Shown here piece by piece: positions 62,764 to 64,000 of a stretch of DNA of 64,000 bases. Every line of letters starts with the position of its first letter. Within the stretch, counting starts at the first letter, position 1. The translations under genes and the position numbers were made by a program. The notes beneath the pieces are model-generated. The model did not search any database. It saw only the letters and a list, made by a program, of their open reading frames with translations, and was not told where the DNA came from. Source of the stretch: Pyrinomonadaceae bacterium (GTDB taxonomy: Bacteria; Acidobacteriota; Blastocatellia; Pyrinomonadales; Pyrinomonadaceae); NCBI GenBank assembly GCA_049679665.1, contig JBAUGL010000066.1, forward strand, positions 3,550 to 67,549, in the 5' to 3' direction.

Positions 62764-63852
62764 ATGAAGATCACCGTATTGCCCGGCGACGGGATTGGGC
62801 CCGAGGTCACGCGCGAAGCCGTTCGGGTGCTGCAACACATAGACAGGTCATTCAAAATTGGGTTCGAATTTACGGAACACCTTATCGGAGGTGCCGCAAT
62901 CAAGGCAGCAGGCTCAGCGTTGCCCGATGCGGCCTTGGCGGCCTGCCTTGCTGGCGATGCAGTACTCTTGGGCGCCGTCGGTTCACCCGAATTCGATCAT
63001 TTAACGCCTTCGGAACGTCCGGAGATAGGCCTTCTTCGTCTGCGCCGGGAATTGGGTGGATTCGCAAATCTACGCCCGGCTCGCTCTTTTCCGGCATTGT
63101 TGGATTCATCACCTCTTCGGCCGGAGATATTTGACGGTACGGATCTGCTGATTGTTCGCGAGTTGCTGGGCGGTATCTATTTTGGCGAGCCGCGCGGATT
63201 CGAAGACTCAAATAATGCCGCGTTTAATACGATGCGATACTCGACTGCGGAAGTAGAACGGGTCGCTCGTCTTGCCTTCGAGTTGGCCCGAACGCGAAAG
63301 AAAAAACTTACATCCGTCGACAAGGCCAATGTTTTGGAGTCGTCCCAGCTATGGCGCTCTGCCGTGACTCGTATCGGGCAAGAGTTTGTCGACGTTTCGC
63401 TCGATCATCTCTTCGTCGATACGTGTGCCATGCATCTCGTCACCGATCCGACGCGATTTGATGTGATACTTACCGAAAATCTCTTTGGCGATATTCTTTC
63501 AGACGAGGCCGCAGTCTTGACTGGCTCATTGGGTATGCTGGCCTCGGCAGCCATCGGCGGCTCGGTCGATCTATATGAACCCGTGCACGGTTCGGCCCCG
63601 GACATCGCCGGAACGGGCCGGGCTAACCCATTGGGGGCGATCGCCTCTGCAGCGATGATGTTGCGGTTCACCGCAAAGAATGAAAGAGCCGCCGTCGGGA
63701 TCGAAACTGCGATTGAGCGTGTTCTTACTGAAGGATACAGGACCGCAGACATTGCGCGGCCGGGCTCGAATCGTATTTCTACTGAGGAATGCGGCGCATT
63801 GGTCGCGAATTTCGCATCCGATTCGGCCGAACGTGCGTCATCGGCGGCTTAG
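62764..63852 (+). CDS. leuB: 3-isopropylmalate dehydrogenase
   Basis: [48 protein letters not shown]. Confidence 0.96.
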   Translation: MKITVLPGDGIGPEVTREAVRVLQHIDRSFKIGFEFTEHLIGGAAIKAAGSALPDAALAACLAGDAVLLGAVGSPEFDHLTPSERPEIGLLRLRRELGGFANLRPARSFPALLDSSPLRPEIFDGTDLLIVRELLGGIYFGEPRGFEDSNNAAFNTMRYSTAEVERVARLAFELARTRKKKLTSVDKANVLESSQLWRSAVTRIGQEFVDVSLDHLFVDTCAMHLVTDPTRFDVILTENLFGDILSDEAAVLTGSLGMLASAAIGGSVDLYEPVHGSAPDIAGTGRANPLGAIASAAMMLRFTAKNERAAVGIETAIERVLTEGYRTADIARPGSNRISTEECGALVANFASDSAERASSAA

Positions 63853-63859
63853 AATAAGA

Positions 63860-64000
63860 ATGAAAACGCTTTACGACAAGATTTGGGACGCGCACATCGT
63901 CCATGAGGAAGCTGGTAAACCCTCGCTAATTTATATCGACCTGCATTTGATCCATGAGGTCACCTCGCCGCAGGCTTTTGACGGACTGCGGGTAAATGGC
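63860..64000 (+). CDS. leuC: 3-isopropylmalate dehydratase large subunit, N-terminal fragment (runs off the window)
   Basis: [14 protein letters not shown]...[22 protein letters not shown] is the canonical LeuC N-terminus. Confidence 0.9.
   Translation, partial: MKTLYDKIWDAHIVHEEAGKPSLIYIDLHLIHEVTSPQAFDGLRVNG

Overview
Chromosomal, housekeeping-rich window of about 50% GC. Gene content suggests an Acidobacteriota-like organism: CarboxypepD_reg TonB-dependent receptor, Ser/Thr kinase with an FGE-type ectodomain, a multi-FHA ABC exporter and a two-gene egtB-egtD cluster. This placement is an inference; no database search was possible. All product calls rest on motif recognition in the supplied translations. 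Coding density is high and I found no rRNA, tRNA or CRISPR array. The dominant feature is a complex I (nuo) operon at 36938-56404 with 13 of the 14 canonical genes; nuoI is absent. Same-strand non-respiratory genes interrupt it at four internal junctions and one follows nuoN. D/E holds a small coiled-coil gene built from a 21-bp tandem repeat. E/F holds a RAYT/IS200-like HUH transposase with REP/REPIN-like repeats and a diverged second copy of the nuoE 3' end, followed by a winged-helix gene split by an in-frame TAG. F/G holds a secreted triple beta/gamma-crystallin protein, a secreted lipase-like hydrolase and an untracked 47-aa ribosomal protein Thx gene. K/L holds an orphan nucleotidyltransferase, and a type-A CAT homolog sits right after nuoN. 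Other modules are a PknF/Rv1747-like kinase plus triple-FHA ABC exporter plus TlpA operon, leuS, egtBD, birA/coaX, an exported NAPE-PLD-like MBL hydrolase plus amidase pair, an N-terminally truncated Ski2/HelY-like helicase, ispH, htrA, an orphan SbcD-like nuclease plus LON-N protein, an S55 peptidase coupled to a Mesh1-like HD hydrolase, thiS-thiG-moaD-moaE, a signal-peptide-bearing truncated hemoglobin, ybdK, a LysR regulator and leuA-leuB-leuC.
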